A stretch of 63,997 bases of DNA, the filler included, from Phoronis australis (Eukaryota; Animalia; Phoronida): NCBI GenBank assembly GCA_002633005.1. It is 5 parts of 5 records of this genome, joined end to end, with 100 filler letters (N's around TTAATTAATTAA, not from the genome) between each part and the next. Parts side by side here need not be neighbours in the genome. Positions count along the whole stretch, not along the records: positions 1 to 20,514 come from NMRA01001427.1; positions 20,615 to 43,374 come from NMRA01001236.1; 3 more parts are not named here. One strand, given 5' to 3'. A program made the translations under genes and the position numbers. Below the pieces are notes generated by a model. That model was not told the origin of the DNA and did no database searches. It was given only the letters and a program-made list of their open reading frames with translations. Below, piece by piece: positions 11,061 through 24,300 of the stretch. Numbering within the stretch: position 1 is the first letter of the stretch; each line of letters opens with the position of its first letter.

Positions 11061-14000
11061 TGTTTTAGTTTCGAATCATATGCCTCTCTGGACCTTTTGG
11101 AGACCTTAATTGATATAAAGAACTGTTCTTACTGTTGTATTAGACAGACAGGACACATTACTATTGAAGTGATGTTTACTGTAGTACTAGACAAAACGAG
11201 TCCATTTGACACAGATTGATTTAAAGAACCATACTGTCTGATGTATTGGACAAAAATGACCACATACAACAGGTTAGTATCGAAAGTAATGCTTACTGTC
11301 GAATTCACAAAAAGTGCCTATTTAGAGCAGATAGCAATAAAGAACAGTTCTTATTGATGCATTGGACAGAAATTCTACATACAACATGCTGACGATTTCA
11401 TCTGTCATCGATACCCCACATCTGGTGCTTTCTCTCCAGGGGTATACGCTTTTGCCTCACACTGAAAATTCCAAGCTACCAAACGTTAGTGCCTGGAAAC
11501 AACGTTTCTACCGCAAGCTTCACCAAGCTGACAGTTTCATCTGTCACAGATAGTCTCTGTCTGTAGATTCTTCTCCAGGTGTGTTTCACTTTTGCATCAT
11601 ACGTCGCTCTGTGGGTCTTTGGAAGACCTTAAAAGGTCCATAGATTGATATAAACAACCGTATTAGACAAAGATTTCCAGATAGTACAGATGACTATTAA
11701 AATGATGTTTACCGTAGTACTGCACAAAAAATCCCCATTTAAAACAAAATAATATCAAGAACCATTCGTAAATGATGTATTGGAAAAAGTGTCCACATGC
11801 AACAGGTCGGTATTAAAGGCAGTATTTACTGTCATATTGCACTAAAAGTATCCATTTACAACAGATTAGTATAAAGAATCGCTATTTGATACAAGGAACA
11901 ACAATGCCTACATACAACATGCTGACGATTTCATCTGTCACAGATAGTCCTATATCTGGTGCTTTCTGTCCAAGGATCTTCGCTTTCGCCTCACATATAC
12001 AATTCCAAGCAACCAAAGATAATTAACTGGACGTCTAATTGGAAGCCAAGGTGAGAGTTCTTTGTTTGAGTCCGGATACTGCGTTCTGCAGCTAACGTGT
12101 CTACCGCAAGCTTCACCACGCTGACGATTTTATCTGTCACGGACCTTAACACATCTCCCGCTTCCTCATCAGTCGTGTTTCACTTTCGCCTCACATGTTG
12201 CTCTGTGCGCCTTTTCAGTTAAGACAGAGTGGCTAGATTGATATAAAGAATTGTTCTTACTGTTGTTTTAGACAAAAAGTGACCCGATAGATCAGGTTTG
12301 CTATTAAAATGTTTTTACTGTTGTACTGGAAAAATATGTTTGTGTCCGGTTTCTGCGTTTTGAAGTTTAACTGTCAAAGTGTCTACTGCAAGCTTCACCA
12401 TGCTGACGACTTCAACAGTCACGAATATTCTGTTTTCTCACCAGGCATGTTTCGGTTTCGCTCTAGTCTCTGTGTGGGCCTTTTGAAGACCACAAAAATG
12501 TCTAAATAGAACACATTGATATAAAAATAATGCTTACTTGTTCCTAGTGTCCACATAGCACAAATTACTACAAAATGAGGCGTTTGACAAAAATGCGTGC
12601 AAACCACAGATTGATTCCAGGAATGATATTAACTGATAGAACGGGATTAGTACTAATAAAATGTTGTTTACTGCAGTACTGGAAAGACGTGCCGTTTAAA
12701 ACAGATTGATATGAAGAACCATTCTTACTGACTGATATATTGGACAAAAAATGTCCACATGCAACACGCAGACGATTTCATCTGTCATCGATACAGTCCC
12801 ACATCTGGTGCTTTCTCTCCAGCCGTATTCACTTTCGCCTCACACTCAAAATTCCAATCTACCAAACGTTAGTGACTGGAAATTTTTGAGTCCAGACTCT
12901 GCGTTCTTAAAGTTCTACTGCCAACGTTTCTACTGCAAGCTTGACGACGCTGACAGTTTCATCTGTCACGGATAGTCCCACAACCTGCAGATTCTTCCCC
13001 AGTTGTGTTTCGCTTTTGCATCATACGTCGCTCTGTGGGTCCTTTGAAGACCTTAAAAGGTCTCTAGATTGATATAAACAACCGTTCTTACCGTCGTATT
13101 AGACAAAAATTTCCAGATAGAACAGATTACTAATTGAAATGATGTTTACCGTGCTATTGCTCAAAAAGCCTCCATTTAAAACAAATTGAAATAAAGAATC
13201 ATTCGTACTGATGTACCGGTATTGTCACAATGTTCACTATACAACAGGTTGGTATTTAAGGTAATATGTACTGTCGTATTGCACAAAAAGTATCCACTGA
13301 CAACATATTGGTATAAAGAAAATTCATCTTATCTATGGCACAAAATGTGTACATACAGCCCCCGACGATTTCATCTGTCACAGATAGTCCCACATCCGGT
13401 GCTTTCACTCCAGGCGTGCTCGCTTTCGCCTCACATATACGATTCCAAGCAGCCAAAGACTATTCACTGGACCTCTTATAGGAAGCCAAGCTGAGAGTTC
13501 TTTGTTTGAGTCCGGATTCTGCATTCTCGAAGTTCAGCTGCTAACGTGTCTACCGCAAGCTTCACCACGCTGACGATTTTATCTGTTGCTTCCTCATCAC
13601 TCGTGTTTCGGTTTCGACCAACACGTCGCTCTGATCGCCTTTTCAGTTAACACAAAGTGGGTAGATTGGTATAAAGAACTGTTCGTACTGTTATCTTAGA
13701 TCAGGTTTGCTATTAAAATGATGTTTAATGTTGTACTGTAAAAATGTATTTGTCTCCGGTTTCTGCGTTCTTCAAGTTATATTGCCAACGTGTCTACTGC
13801 AAGCTTCACCATGCTAACGACTTCAACAGTCACAAATATTCTAACATCTGTATTCTCACCAGGCATGTCTCGCTTTCGCCCCACGGTCTCTGTGTGGGCC
13901 TTTTGAAGACCACGAAAAGTGTCCAAATAGAACACATTAATATAGAAATAATAATCACTTGTTCCCAGTGTCCTCTTAGCACATATTAATATCAAATGAT

Positions 14001-15340
14001 GCGTTGGGCAAAAATGTCTGCAAAGAACAGATTGATATCAGGAATGATGTTAGCTGTTGTATTAGACAAAAAGTGTCCAGATAGAGCGGGACTACTTTTA
14101 AAATGGTGTTTACTGCAGTACTGGAAAAACGGACCATAATTCTTACTGACTGGTGTATTGCACAGAAAATGTCCACATTCTACACGTTGACGATTTCACC
14201 TGTCATAGATAGTCCCACTGTCCCACGTCTGTTGCTTCCTCTCTAGGCGTGTTTCCCTTTCGTGTTGTACGTTGCTTTGTGGACCTTTTAAAGACTTCAA
14301 AATTGTCCACATAGAACAGATTAATATAAAAACGGTGCGTAATTCATGTTGCACAAAAAGTGTCCACGGCAGAATACAAAAAAAAACTATTCTTACTGCT
14401 GTATTAGATAAAAGTATCCATATAGAACAGGTTACTATTCAAGTGGTATTCACTTTTGTACTTGACAAAAAGCGTTCATTTAAAACGAATTGAAGAACCA
14501 TAATTCTTACTGACTGACTATAGGACAAAAATGTCCACATGCAACATGCTGACGATTTAATCTCCCACATCTGATGTATGCTCTCCAGGTGCGTTTCATT
14601 GTCGTCTCGCACGTCACTCTGTGGATCTTTGGAAAACTTCGAAGTGTCCACATACATGTAGAACAGATTGATTTAAAAATGATATTTACTGTTGTATTTA
14701 AGTTGCACAAAAAGTAACATAATATAATATAAAAACTATTGTTACTGTTAGGCAAAAACTTGTCCATATAGAGCATATTAATTAAGAATTACGTTTACTG
14801 CAGTAATGCACAGAAAGAGATTTATATAAAGAACCATACTTATTGATTAGTTGGACAATATTGTCCACATATAGCACGCTGACGATTTCATCATTCATAG
14901 ATACTCCCAAATCTGCTGCTTCCTCACCAGGCATGTTTCGCTCTCGCCTCACACGTCGCTCTGTGGGTCTTTTGAAAATCTCAAAAATGTCCACGAAGAC
15001 ATTGATTGATGTAAAAATGATATTTTCTGTTGTATTGCACAAAAAGTTTCCATCTAAAACAGAATGACATAAAAACCATTCTTGCTTATACATTGGACAA
15101 ACCAAGAAATGTCCTCCGATTGATAGGAAAAATATCTAGTAAAAGAGTAAACGGCAATGTCCGCAAAGAACAGATCAACGTAAAAATGATTTTTACTGTT
15201 GTACAAGACAAACAAAGTCTACTTACAACAGATTATTGTAAAGAATAATGTTAACAGTTGTATTGGACAAAAAGTGTCCAAATAGAACATAAATTATTAT
15301 CATTAAAACGTTTACTTTTATAATGCATAAATCATGTCCA
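10900..15340 (-). repeat. Degenerate complex tandem array (satellite-like) built from hAT transposase coding segments
   Basis: Recurring + strand motifs GCTGACGATTTCATCTGTCA and CAAGCTTCACCACGCTGAC plus ~55-57-bp AT-rich subunits. Minus-strand translations repeat KRPTERRVRRERNMPGEEAADLGVSMNDEIVSV, and the array is contiguous with the transposase relic. Confidence 0.7.
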
Positions 15341-16502
15341 CTTAATATAAAAACTGGTGATTACTGCTAAAGCTCGGTCAATGGTATTTGGTAAACGGGT
15401 GGTAAGTCCAGATTATGGGCATACAGTTGTAGTGTCATGGCCGCCATTAACAGTAGGAGTGCAGATGCTCTGGTGACGAAGTTTCCATATTCTTGTTAGA
15501 GTGCGCATGCTCAACCGACGTACTTTCCAGGCTTAACGGCAAACATTACATTCCTGTAGAGCACGTTTTTGTGACTCAAAGGAGACTTTTGTCTGAGATA
15601 AAATGGCGACAGGGTCTACAAAAATCTTGATTCTAAATTTCAATTGCAAAATACACGAGGAAAGTTTCTGATCGATAGTCATCGGAAATACTCGCATGCA
15701 TTAGTAAGTACGCAGAAGATATCCTAATTAGAGGTTGTTCAAGTCATTTTTGGTAAGACGTCCATTAACAACTCTCCTTGAAGTGTCGTTTTGCGCGCAT
15801 GTGCTCATGCTCCTGATCCACACCAACAAGTCGCCCAAAAAGTAAATTACTGAATGGGCCGTGGATTACCAGGCTTAGGGAACGACCCAAGGGGATATAG
15901 TGGTAGTAAAGCATGGAGACGGGTATTACCAGGCAGGAGAAGCATTGTCTGACAAGCTGTTGGATGGAAGAACAAAGTGGATAGAGCTCATTTTTCTTTT
16001 GGCGTTAGCACTGCAAAAGTTAGTGTTTATAAAATACATTTTACTTTAAAACAAAGTCCCATTAAACTTGCAATGAATCCAAGTTCAAAATTTTAAGATG
16101 TAAGTTTTTGGATGATCAAAACCACAAATGCTATTTCCCGTCTAATTTGATAAAACGGCATCTGGGACTTATTACCGAGTTGTTACTGCCCTCATTGGCA
16201 GTAACCTTCTTTTTTGTCTTGAAATTTTAGGAGTTATTTTAATGTTGATAAATTAAACATACAGTTTACCAGGTAACATCAGGCGTGGTTTGATGTAATG
16301 AAAATTGTTAAATGGTCCTTAATAAAGACCTGTGTGAAAGATATTTTTTGTGAAAACTAAGTGCTTTCCAATTATTTTGATGAAAGATTTGTTCTCGATT
16401 TCGTGAATGTTTTAGAGAGCTATATTTGCAATTACAAGCAATGTCCCAACGTGATTGTCACTTATAGTACAACTTGGACAGGTTATGAAGTAATGAACTC
16501 AC

Positions 16503-16547
16503 CAGTGGTCAGTACTTCTGCCTCGGACATTGCCACACTTTTGTACT
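16503..16547 (-). CDS. Possible 45-nt phase-1/phase-1 mini-exon, (E)YKSVAMSEAEVLTT, of an unidentified gene
   Basis: Acceptor gattttcag, consensus donor G|GTGAGT and an open frame. No homology recognised. Confidence 0.3.
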
Positions 16548-18804
16548 CTGAAAATCAACACATTGACCTCAGTAGCCTATAGGTCAAAAATGGTATACTG
16601 CCTAGAGATAGTGACGGTACGTTTAAAAATAGTATTTACAAGTTCGTCTACGTCAGGTTCAAAAGCTCACAAATCCGACAGATATTAAAAGAGCTGTTTA
16701 ATTCGAGAGACGTTGGAAGGTTCACAAGTTAGAAGGCTTGCAAATGTGAAGGTTCCTAAGTCCGATGATCCTCCGAAATGTCCGGACAAGCTGGGACTTC
16801 TAGCAAAAAAAATTCTCTGTCCCAAACAAAAGATGTTTAACCGTAATTCATAATATTTTTCAACTAAAGTACTTATCAGTCAGTGTTTCAAAGTTGGAAA
16901 AGTTTCAGTTCGATTCCTTTTCTTTGTGTGGTTGTTTGTATGTTGCAACCACGTCATTTCCTTGAAATGATGCATTTTGGAGGCCTTTTTCTTTGAGCAC
17001 TGTTAAACGGAATAGACAATTTCCTTTTTCTACCACTAGTAGGGGAGTGTGGCAAAACGGCCCATCTAGCAAGACGGTCTCTTCCTCAGTTTACCACACC
17101 GTTTTATTGCTCGACCGATAGGGGTCATAATTACATACTGGGCGCGAATCTAGTGGATTTGCAGACGACATAAACTCGTGGCAAGAAATAGTTGATAGCA
17201 CTCGAAGTTAGGCGAGTAACTGCCTTTCGTAACATATTTAGACCACCAAATGTACGAAATAAACTTATGGAATTAAGCTTAACAGTAATGCTTTGTGAGT
17301 GAGAAAAAAATTAAACAATTTAAAATGACTCTTGACTAGCTTACTCGGTGCATGCACGATTGCGATGACATCATGAATGGGCTGACACGGACAGAGTGAC
17401 TATTATACCCCATACATATTTAATAGATAGAAAAAGTATGTTTTGTTTTAACGTTTTGGTTTTAGAGAATTAACATACGAAAATGTACAGGAAATGCGCA
17501 AGAAAGTGAGGACATGAACGCAAAAGCGGTGGTGAGAAGGGACTGCACGGCATTTTAGAGTCAGTACTGAGAAGTTCTACCAAAAGAATTCCAAAATTTC
17601 TGGTAGTTTTACAATGAGTAATTAAACTAATTATACTGAAAAAATGTTTTAAAAATATTAATTTTTGTCAAGTATGGGGCAAATTAAACGTTTGATATCG
17701 GTTAATTTTTGTATTACGCCGTTTGTGATAGATTAGTTCTGTTTTGTCACAAGTCTTAAAAACTTTCCTTGCACTCAAATTCTATCCACTGGTCGGCAAA
17801 ATCAGTTCATGTTTAAATTCCAGAAGCTCAGAACTGTGAACAGAATCCTAGACGTGAATCTGACGGGGTGGGGAATCTTCAGTCTGTTGCTGTGTCAATA
17901 ATTTGTGCACTCATACAATAATCCATCGTCTCAGTAGTGTCACAGTTGGCAGAAAACTCCTGTTTGGTTTGAGAAGCATTAAATAATTCAGGAAGCAGCC
18001 GTCTTAGAAAGGTCAAGGATACAACACGTTCCTGTCGTTTCATTGGCTGTTCTGATCATACTGCACTGGCACCTAGTGGCTAACAAAGTATTTGAGGCTT
18101 GTTTTTCCCACCTTTAAATCAACTTGACTTTTGGACATCTTGAGAAGGGTTTAATCCAATTAGTTCCAGTTAAGCCCCCGGCAGACGAATTAACGGACGG
18201 GAAAGATAGCAGAGTTATAACAATGGCCAAACCTACATATTAAGTGAGGAAAATGAATTTTATAAACAAGAATCGAATTGAAAATAATCGAATTAATACA
18301 TTTGTGTACAGTCCCCTCCCTAATGGTTTCTGATTTTACTTATTTTACCTTAATTGTTCCAAGGGTCTTCCAGACTGACGATTACCATATATTTTGCACC
18401 ATGTGATCTCAATCAGACAGCCGTGTGTGATGACTGTACTCCAGCGCAGTTCGATAGTGGCACATAGGTATCGGTCGAAAATCTTTCATTTGAATGCTAC
18501 TGATCGAGTTCCGGTTCTGTATCTTCATACCCTTTGGCGCTCTGTCAATGCATAGACATTCTGACACTTCATAAGGTTCTTACTCGAACTGTCCGATTCG
18601 TGGTCTTGCAAGCAAAAATTCGGTGTGTTATATTCTTAGCGCGAAACGACTTCGCTACACCGCGCAAATAAATTTAAATCATTAATCTTACGAGCATTAC
18701 GTACATTTCTTTCAAGTTTTACCAACAATCAATAGATATGTCAAATCCGTCAACAATGGACTCGTATTAGCAATTTGCAGCCATGTAGACTACAGTTTAA
18801 TCAA

Positions 18805-20080
18805 AGTGCTTAAAATCACCAATTTCATATGAAATACACCAACAAAGAAAAAAACAACTCCCAGCAATCGACTGGTTGTCAAATTAGAATACTCACTAAC
18901 ACTGTGTGACGATATGTTCATTAGCTGATATCGAGTAACGATGGCATTGATTGTTCGGTAAATACTACCTAAAATCGGGACAACCGATCACAACATTAGT
19001 GGGATAACTAAATCGTCAGATGTTGCTCGTTTTCCCGTGGTTTATGGTGTATTAAAGATTGGCAAGGTGTTGAATCTTTTAATTTTTCCGCGGGACGTAA
19101 TATGAAGAGCGTAGATATGGCTCAAGTTTTGCGAGAAACTCACGAGTTGGTGGATAAGACACGCTGACGCTGGGTACAGTCATACGTCACACTCATGCCC
19201 GTGGAGCAGAGACACTTTCTGTGAAAATTGCTTTTCTTCTCTTGTCTCGCTTTTTGGATGTCCACGGCTGTGACGTGCAGTGCTATAAAGGGAGGATTAA
19301 TGACGTATATTTATTATTCATTATAATGACATAAATGTATCACAGAATGCACCACTTACAAACTTCTTGAGCTTGTAAGTCACTGATACAAATTAACGTA
19401 TAGGCGATTTTACCCAATTCAGGCCACTCTTATGGCGATCTTGTGCCCTAATCATAATCTTCGCCAGAACTTGAGAACTCTGTCCTTAAACTATTGTATC
19501 TAGTGCAAACAAACATGAAATGTATTTCGTCTTCAATTATATTTTGGTTACATACCTTACATAGCCTCTCATTTAAAGGATTTTCCAAAAATGTCACTAA
19601 TTCCATCTGTAATGTCGAAATTTCTGGCCTTAATTGTACTGTGCAGGGACCAATCACAAAAGTAGTCATCCTTCATTGTGCTTATTGTGAAAAGATGTCA
19701 GATATTGCCGTTCGTTTTCCCAGAAGTTTATGGAGCAATAAATACATAATGGAGAGATGTGTTTTTGGTGACAACTCAGAAATTGAGCACGCAGTGGCTC
19801 TTCTCACTTTCTTGCGAGACATCAGAGAAGCGCGGATATAGCACAGATTTGTACCAACTCGTGTTTTAGTAGACATGACACACTTTCGCTAGGCACGTTC
19901 ATACATTATGCTCAAGTCCTTGGAGCTAGGCATGTTTCAATTAAAGTCACCTTTCTCGTATTTTCTTGTTTTTAGGATATTGAATTCCCAGTTGTGATGT
20001 GCAGTGCTATAAAGGAAGGTTTAATGATGCTGACAATGTAGTCACTCGTCAAAACAAGGTAAATGGTGATTTTAAGCACT
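18805..20080. mobile_element. Non-autonomous TIR DNA transposon (TTAA-targeting, Kolobok-like), ~1.28 kb
   Basis: Perfect 17-bp TIR AGTGCTTAAAATCACCA / TGGTGATTTTAAGCACT. Flanks are TCAA (left) and TTAA (right). Confidence 0.6.
19440..19620 (-). mobile_element. 3' fragment of a non-LTR retrotransposon ORF2 (C-terminal Cys/His knuckle region)
   Basis: PLNERLCKVCNQNIIEDEIHFMFVCTRYNSLR matches the R.C..C....EDE.HF...C..Y..LR motif at the end of LINE ORF2 proteins. Confidence 0.7.
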
Positions 20081-20514
20081 TTAAGAAAGAAATTCGGTAT
20101 TGCAGCTCCCTCTTCAAAACTGCTGAATAAACTTAAGGTATTTATGAGTCAAGTATTTACGAGCCCATCACAGGCTAGTGATAATTTATAGAAATTATCT
20201 CAGTAATTAGCAGCTATTTGCATATTCTCACAGACTTTGCACTTTTGCTCAAAGGTGATTTGATTATTTCCGTAAATAGTTGTGTAGAGGGCAAGACCAA
20301 ATATCCGACTCTAACCTCAATTCACTTTTCACAAAACAGAACCCTGCACGACGCTTATGTATGTGTGTGTGTGTGGGCGTGCGCATACCCATGTGTGCAT
20401 GCGTGTGCAGAACACATCTCAAGTTACAGAATAGCGAGGGATCTGGACCAGATAAACCTGTCCTGTGGCCCGCTCCAGGATGCTGGCAGAAACAGTTAAG
20501 GTGGCAGTGAGTAG

Positions 20515-20614
20515 NNNNNNNNNNNNNNNNNNNNNNNNNNNNNNNNNNNNNNNNNNNNTTAATTAATTAANNNNNNNNNNNNNNNNNNNNNNNNNNNNNN
20601 NNNNNNNNNNNNNN
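20515..20614. other. Artificial contig-concatenation linker (44N-TTAATTAATTAA-44N)
   Basis: Six-frame stop spacer. Identical copies at 43375, 47774 and 62885. Confidence 0.95.
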
Positions 20615-21251
20615 CTCTTGCTATTGACATAAATCATGGTATATGTTACTGAGCAGACTACACAATAATTATATCAGCATTTGCTTGCTGTAAATAGAAA
20701 TAGGGTTTTGATGGCTGTGGTGACAAAGTTGTTATCTACGATTACGTGCTCAGTGTGACCTGTGAATTGTGTAATGCCTTGGGATGGCAGCAAAAACATG
20801 ACAGGTTGAAACTACATCCATCAAATGTAGGAACTTTTGAATTAGACCACTTACTATATTTATTATAAAGCTGCTGTCAACTTGTTCCTTGCTCAGATAA
20901 GACTTTACCTCTGGTTTATAAAAAAACTGATATGATATTTCATTTCTTTCGTGAGACCTTGCTCGGTACATAAAATGAACTACCATGACAAGCGACTTTA
21001 AGTTTAACCTGATCTCAAGCAAGAAATGAACTGTCATGTCTTTCGAATTTGAGTAAGGAACAAGTTAAAACCAGTTTCATGTTTTTAAATGGTGTCTAGT
21101 GGATACTTGGGGTTGAAGGGGGATTTATAGGCATATTATTTTTATATCAGAGAAGAAAACATCAGGGCATCCTGGTAAAAATCTTCTAACCTTCTATTAA
21201 TTTGCAGTTTTTGCTTCAAGTTTTGTAACTAGTTTGAAACTTTGCTTTTAG

Positions 21252-21329
21252 AGAAAGCGTCACTATTGGCGGCTGGACACAAAGGCAATTACCCTGTATC
21301 AGAATGAGAAAGTCGGGCGTTATTTCAAG
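21252..21329 (+). CDS. PRKD1: PKD exon (PH domain): [26 protein letters not shown]
   Basis: ttttag acceptor and GTGAGA donor. PKD PH signature RKRHYWRLD. Confidence 0.93.
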
Positions 21330-24300
21330 GTGAGACTATCTGTGGTGCATGGCAGTTCACTGACCCCACCTGTTCTTGGTCATTGCTTGAATCTAGGTTA
21401 ATTTAGTCAATCAGGTTTTTTGTATCTGTGTGCATTGGAGTGTTTCATTTTGTAAGTTTGAAAATATTTTAAGGAAAATAGAAGCGAGTGACAAATGTTT
21501 TCCTTGCAGTCTCAGCGTGCAATATTAAATGCAGCTCTAAATTACTATTTGAGATGCTGTAAAACTGTCAATTTACCAGTTACCACTTGCTCTCACATTC
21601 GTCAGTGATGCTCGTTATCAAAAAGTTTTGCTTTTAGTATTTACTTTTCAGCTACTGTAGAAACATTCTCTGATGCTGTTTGTGTAAGATTGTCCATAGT
21701 TGTACAGTATTTTGCGTGTTTTAACTTCATTTCATCTTGCCAAGTACTAGGTTTGGTCAAGGGGGATTCAGCAATTGGTCGGACTTCAAAACCACATGGC
21801 CGGACTTCAAAACCACTTGGCTGGATTTCAAAACCATGCGGCTGGTCTGCAAAACCCAATGGCCAGTGATCAAATGTGTTGTTTAGACTTCACCCAAAAA
21901 ACTAGTTGGCTGGACCCAAATCTCGACGATTGGTGCTATAACCAGTTGGTCGGTGATCAAACACAATGGCCAGACTTCCTATTCAGCCATTTTGCTTGAG
22001 CATTTTACGTCTGGCCAACCAGTTTTTTTAGGTGTGGCCATCTGGTTTTTAGGTACTGGATATTGCGTTTTGATGACACAGTTTGAACACCGCCCATTGG
22101 GTTTTGCAGTCCAGCAGAAAGGTTTTGAAATTGGGGCAAGTGTTTTTGAAGTCTGGCCAATTGTTGATTCCCCCCCTAGTTGGTGAAATCGGCAAGTTTC
22201 TTATTTCATTTAAAAAATGTTCATTGCTTGTGAAGGAAACAAACTCCTTATAACATTGATTATTGATGCATAAGGTTGGTGGTAAAATTAATTATTCATA
22301 GTAATGATAGTTATGACAATAGTAATGATAGTAATGCCAGTAGTAATAACAAGAAAATATTAATAATGACTAAACTTAAGTTAGGTAGACATCATTTAAT
22401 GTGTCTGGGCAGCAATTATCTTTCTTTTTATTGAGCAGGAGATCCCATTAAGTGACGTAATCCATATTGAGGCTACACGTGATCCACAGTCGGTTGACGC
22501 CACTCGCGACCCGCATGTATTCGAGATACAGTGTGACCAGACATCTTACTACGTGGGTGAAGACCCCACGTGTGGAGGGACACGTGAGTGTCCCCCTCAG
22601 TCGTCAGACAGTGGTATAGGTCTGGAACAAGCTCAGTCATTGGAACACGCCATTCGCCAGGCACTTCTCCCTGTAACCACGCACAGTGCAGGTTTGTGAT
22701 CTTTACTCCAGTCTCTGTTCACTGTACATGTGTTATCCATGTCTACTCAGTAGCCTTACTCAGGAGCAAAAGCAAGTGATATCATGTGGTTTACTTGTAA
22801 TACATGGCAATATCCTGAGAATGCTTGATCATGTAAAACTCACAATATACCAGAATACACCTGTGGTCACAGACCTGAAGCACCTGCCAATCAGGTGCAA
22901 TAGAATAAAGTATGTACATTGTTCTTCTACCTATTTGCATATATTCTTAAATACCAATTATTAACCCACGTAATGTGCATGAGAATAGACTAATGAAAGG
23001 CTTTTTAGCCATTTGATAATATTGTTTTGGATTAACAAATTTTATTTATAAATACAAGCCGCACATGTAAGAAGTTTCCTTTGATTGACCGTTTGAAATG
23101 ACCACTTTTTAAGTTATCAAAAGTTTTCCATAGATGCAGTCAAATTGATAAATCTATGGTGTTTAAGCATCCTTACGTGAAAGCTCGCATGCCGAGCTTT
23201 AATCGCAGTCTGCAGACAAGAATAAGATCAAGTTGTAATTTGAAGGAGTATTACTAACCCCTGGTTCTCATTTTTTATGACTTAGTGGACTCTTAAAATG
23301 AAGCCACAAAGGCGCCCCCTTAAAACCATTTCAGGAACAACATGTTACCAAGTGCTTAGGACACTATGGGCAACGCTGACATGTGAGGATGGGATTTTCA
23401 CAACACATTGTTTCTTTATTCTCATCTGCTTACTAATAACATTGCAAGATAGGGCGCTCGTTCATTTTCTTTATGTCACATTGTCTAAAGTGACCTTGAG
23501 TGTCCATAAACTTGGTAGTTTTGCTTTTTTCTGATGACATTATATACTGGTTTCTGTTTTTGATTGCCAATTTTCACTGTACAGTCTCTTCTCTGACTTT
23601 TTTCTCAATCTAAGTCAGAGAAAACTGTTCAAAGCAGTTCAATTCGGCAAATTTTCACCATTTTTGCACATAGTTTTTTGTTGAAAAATTTTTGATCGGG
23701 TTGATTAGAAAAACAACGATGTTTCTTCAAATATGGTTTTTGTTTTTCAATGTCTTTTGATGTAGTGCCAAAAAGCCAGGAACCATGTTCTCGACTTTTG
23801 CATTATAGTCAGATTTTTCTGAAACATTTTGAAGTATTCTTAAACTGAAAGAGTGTTTTCATTTGAACTGTTCTGTTGTTGTTTAGAAACTTCGACCTAC
23901 GAGGGCCGAAAGGAAGAAGAGAAACAAGATGTGAGTCAGCTGTACCAGATCTTCCCTGATGACGTGCTGGGCTCGGGACAGTTTGGTATTGTGTACGGAG
24001 GTAGGGTGGTTAGTGCTTTCAGAGTGAACCAGTCATAGACACTAGTGTGTCTAGGTATGAGGCTCTGTGTATTGATGGTTGTCCATGTTACTTCACCAAG
24101 TGAGGATTCTGGATCTGGATTACGAGTTGATGACTATGGACCAACAAGGAACACTTGAGATTTGCTCCTGAACTCCCTTTGGATCTGCTGCTGTTGACTA
24201 AGTTATTAATGAGTTCTGTGGTAGGACAGCTAATGCCCAAACTTTTATGAACACCTCTTTAGAAGATTCCTCCTTCAGTTTGTGCTTTATCAAGGATAAA

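Noticed and set aside
10900-15340. Recurring ~20-bp motifs separated by variable sequence, superficially CRISPR-like
   Set aside because: The intervening sequences are homologous to each other, spacing is irregular, there are no cas genes, and the context is eukaryotic. A transposase-derived satellite explains it.
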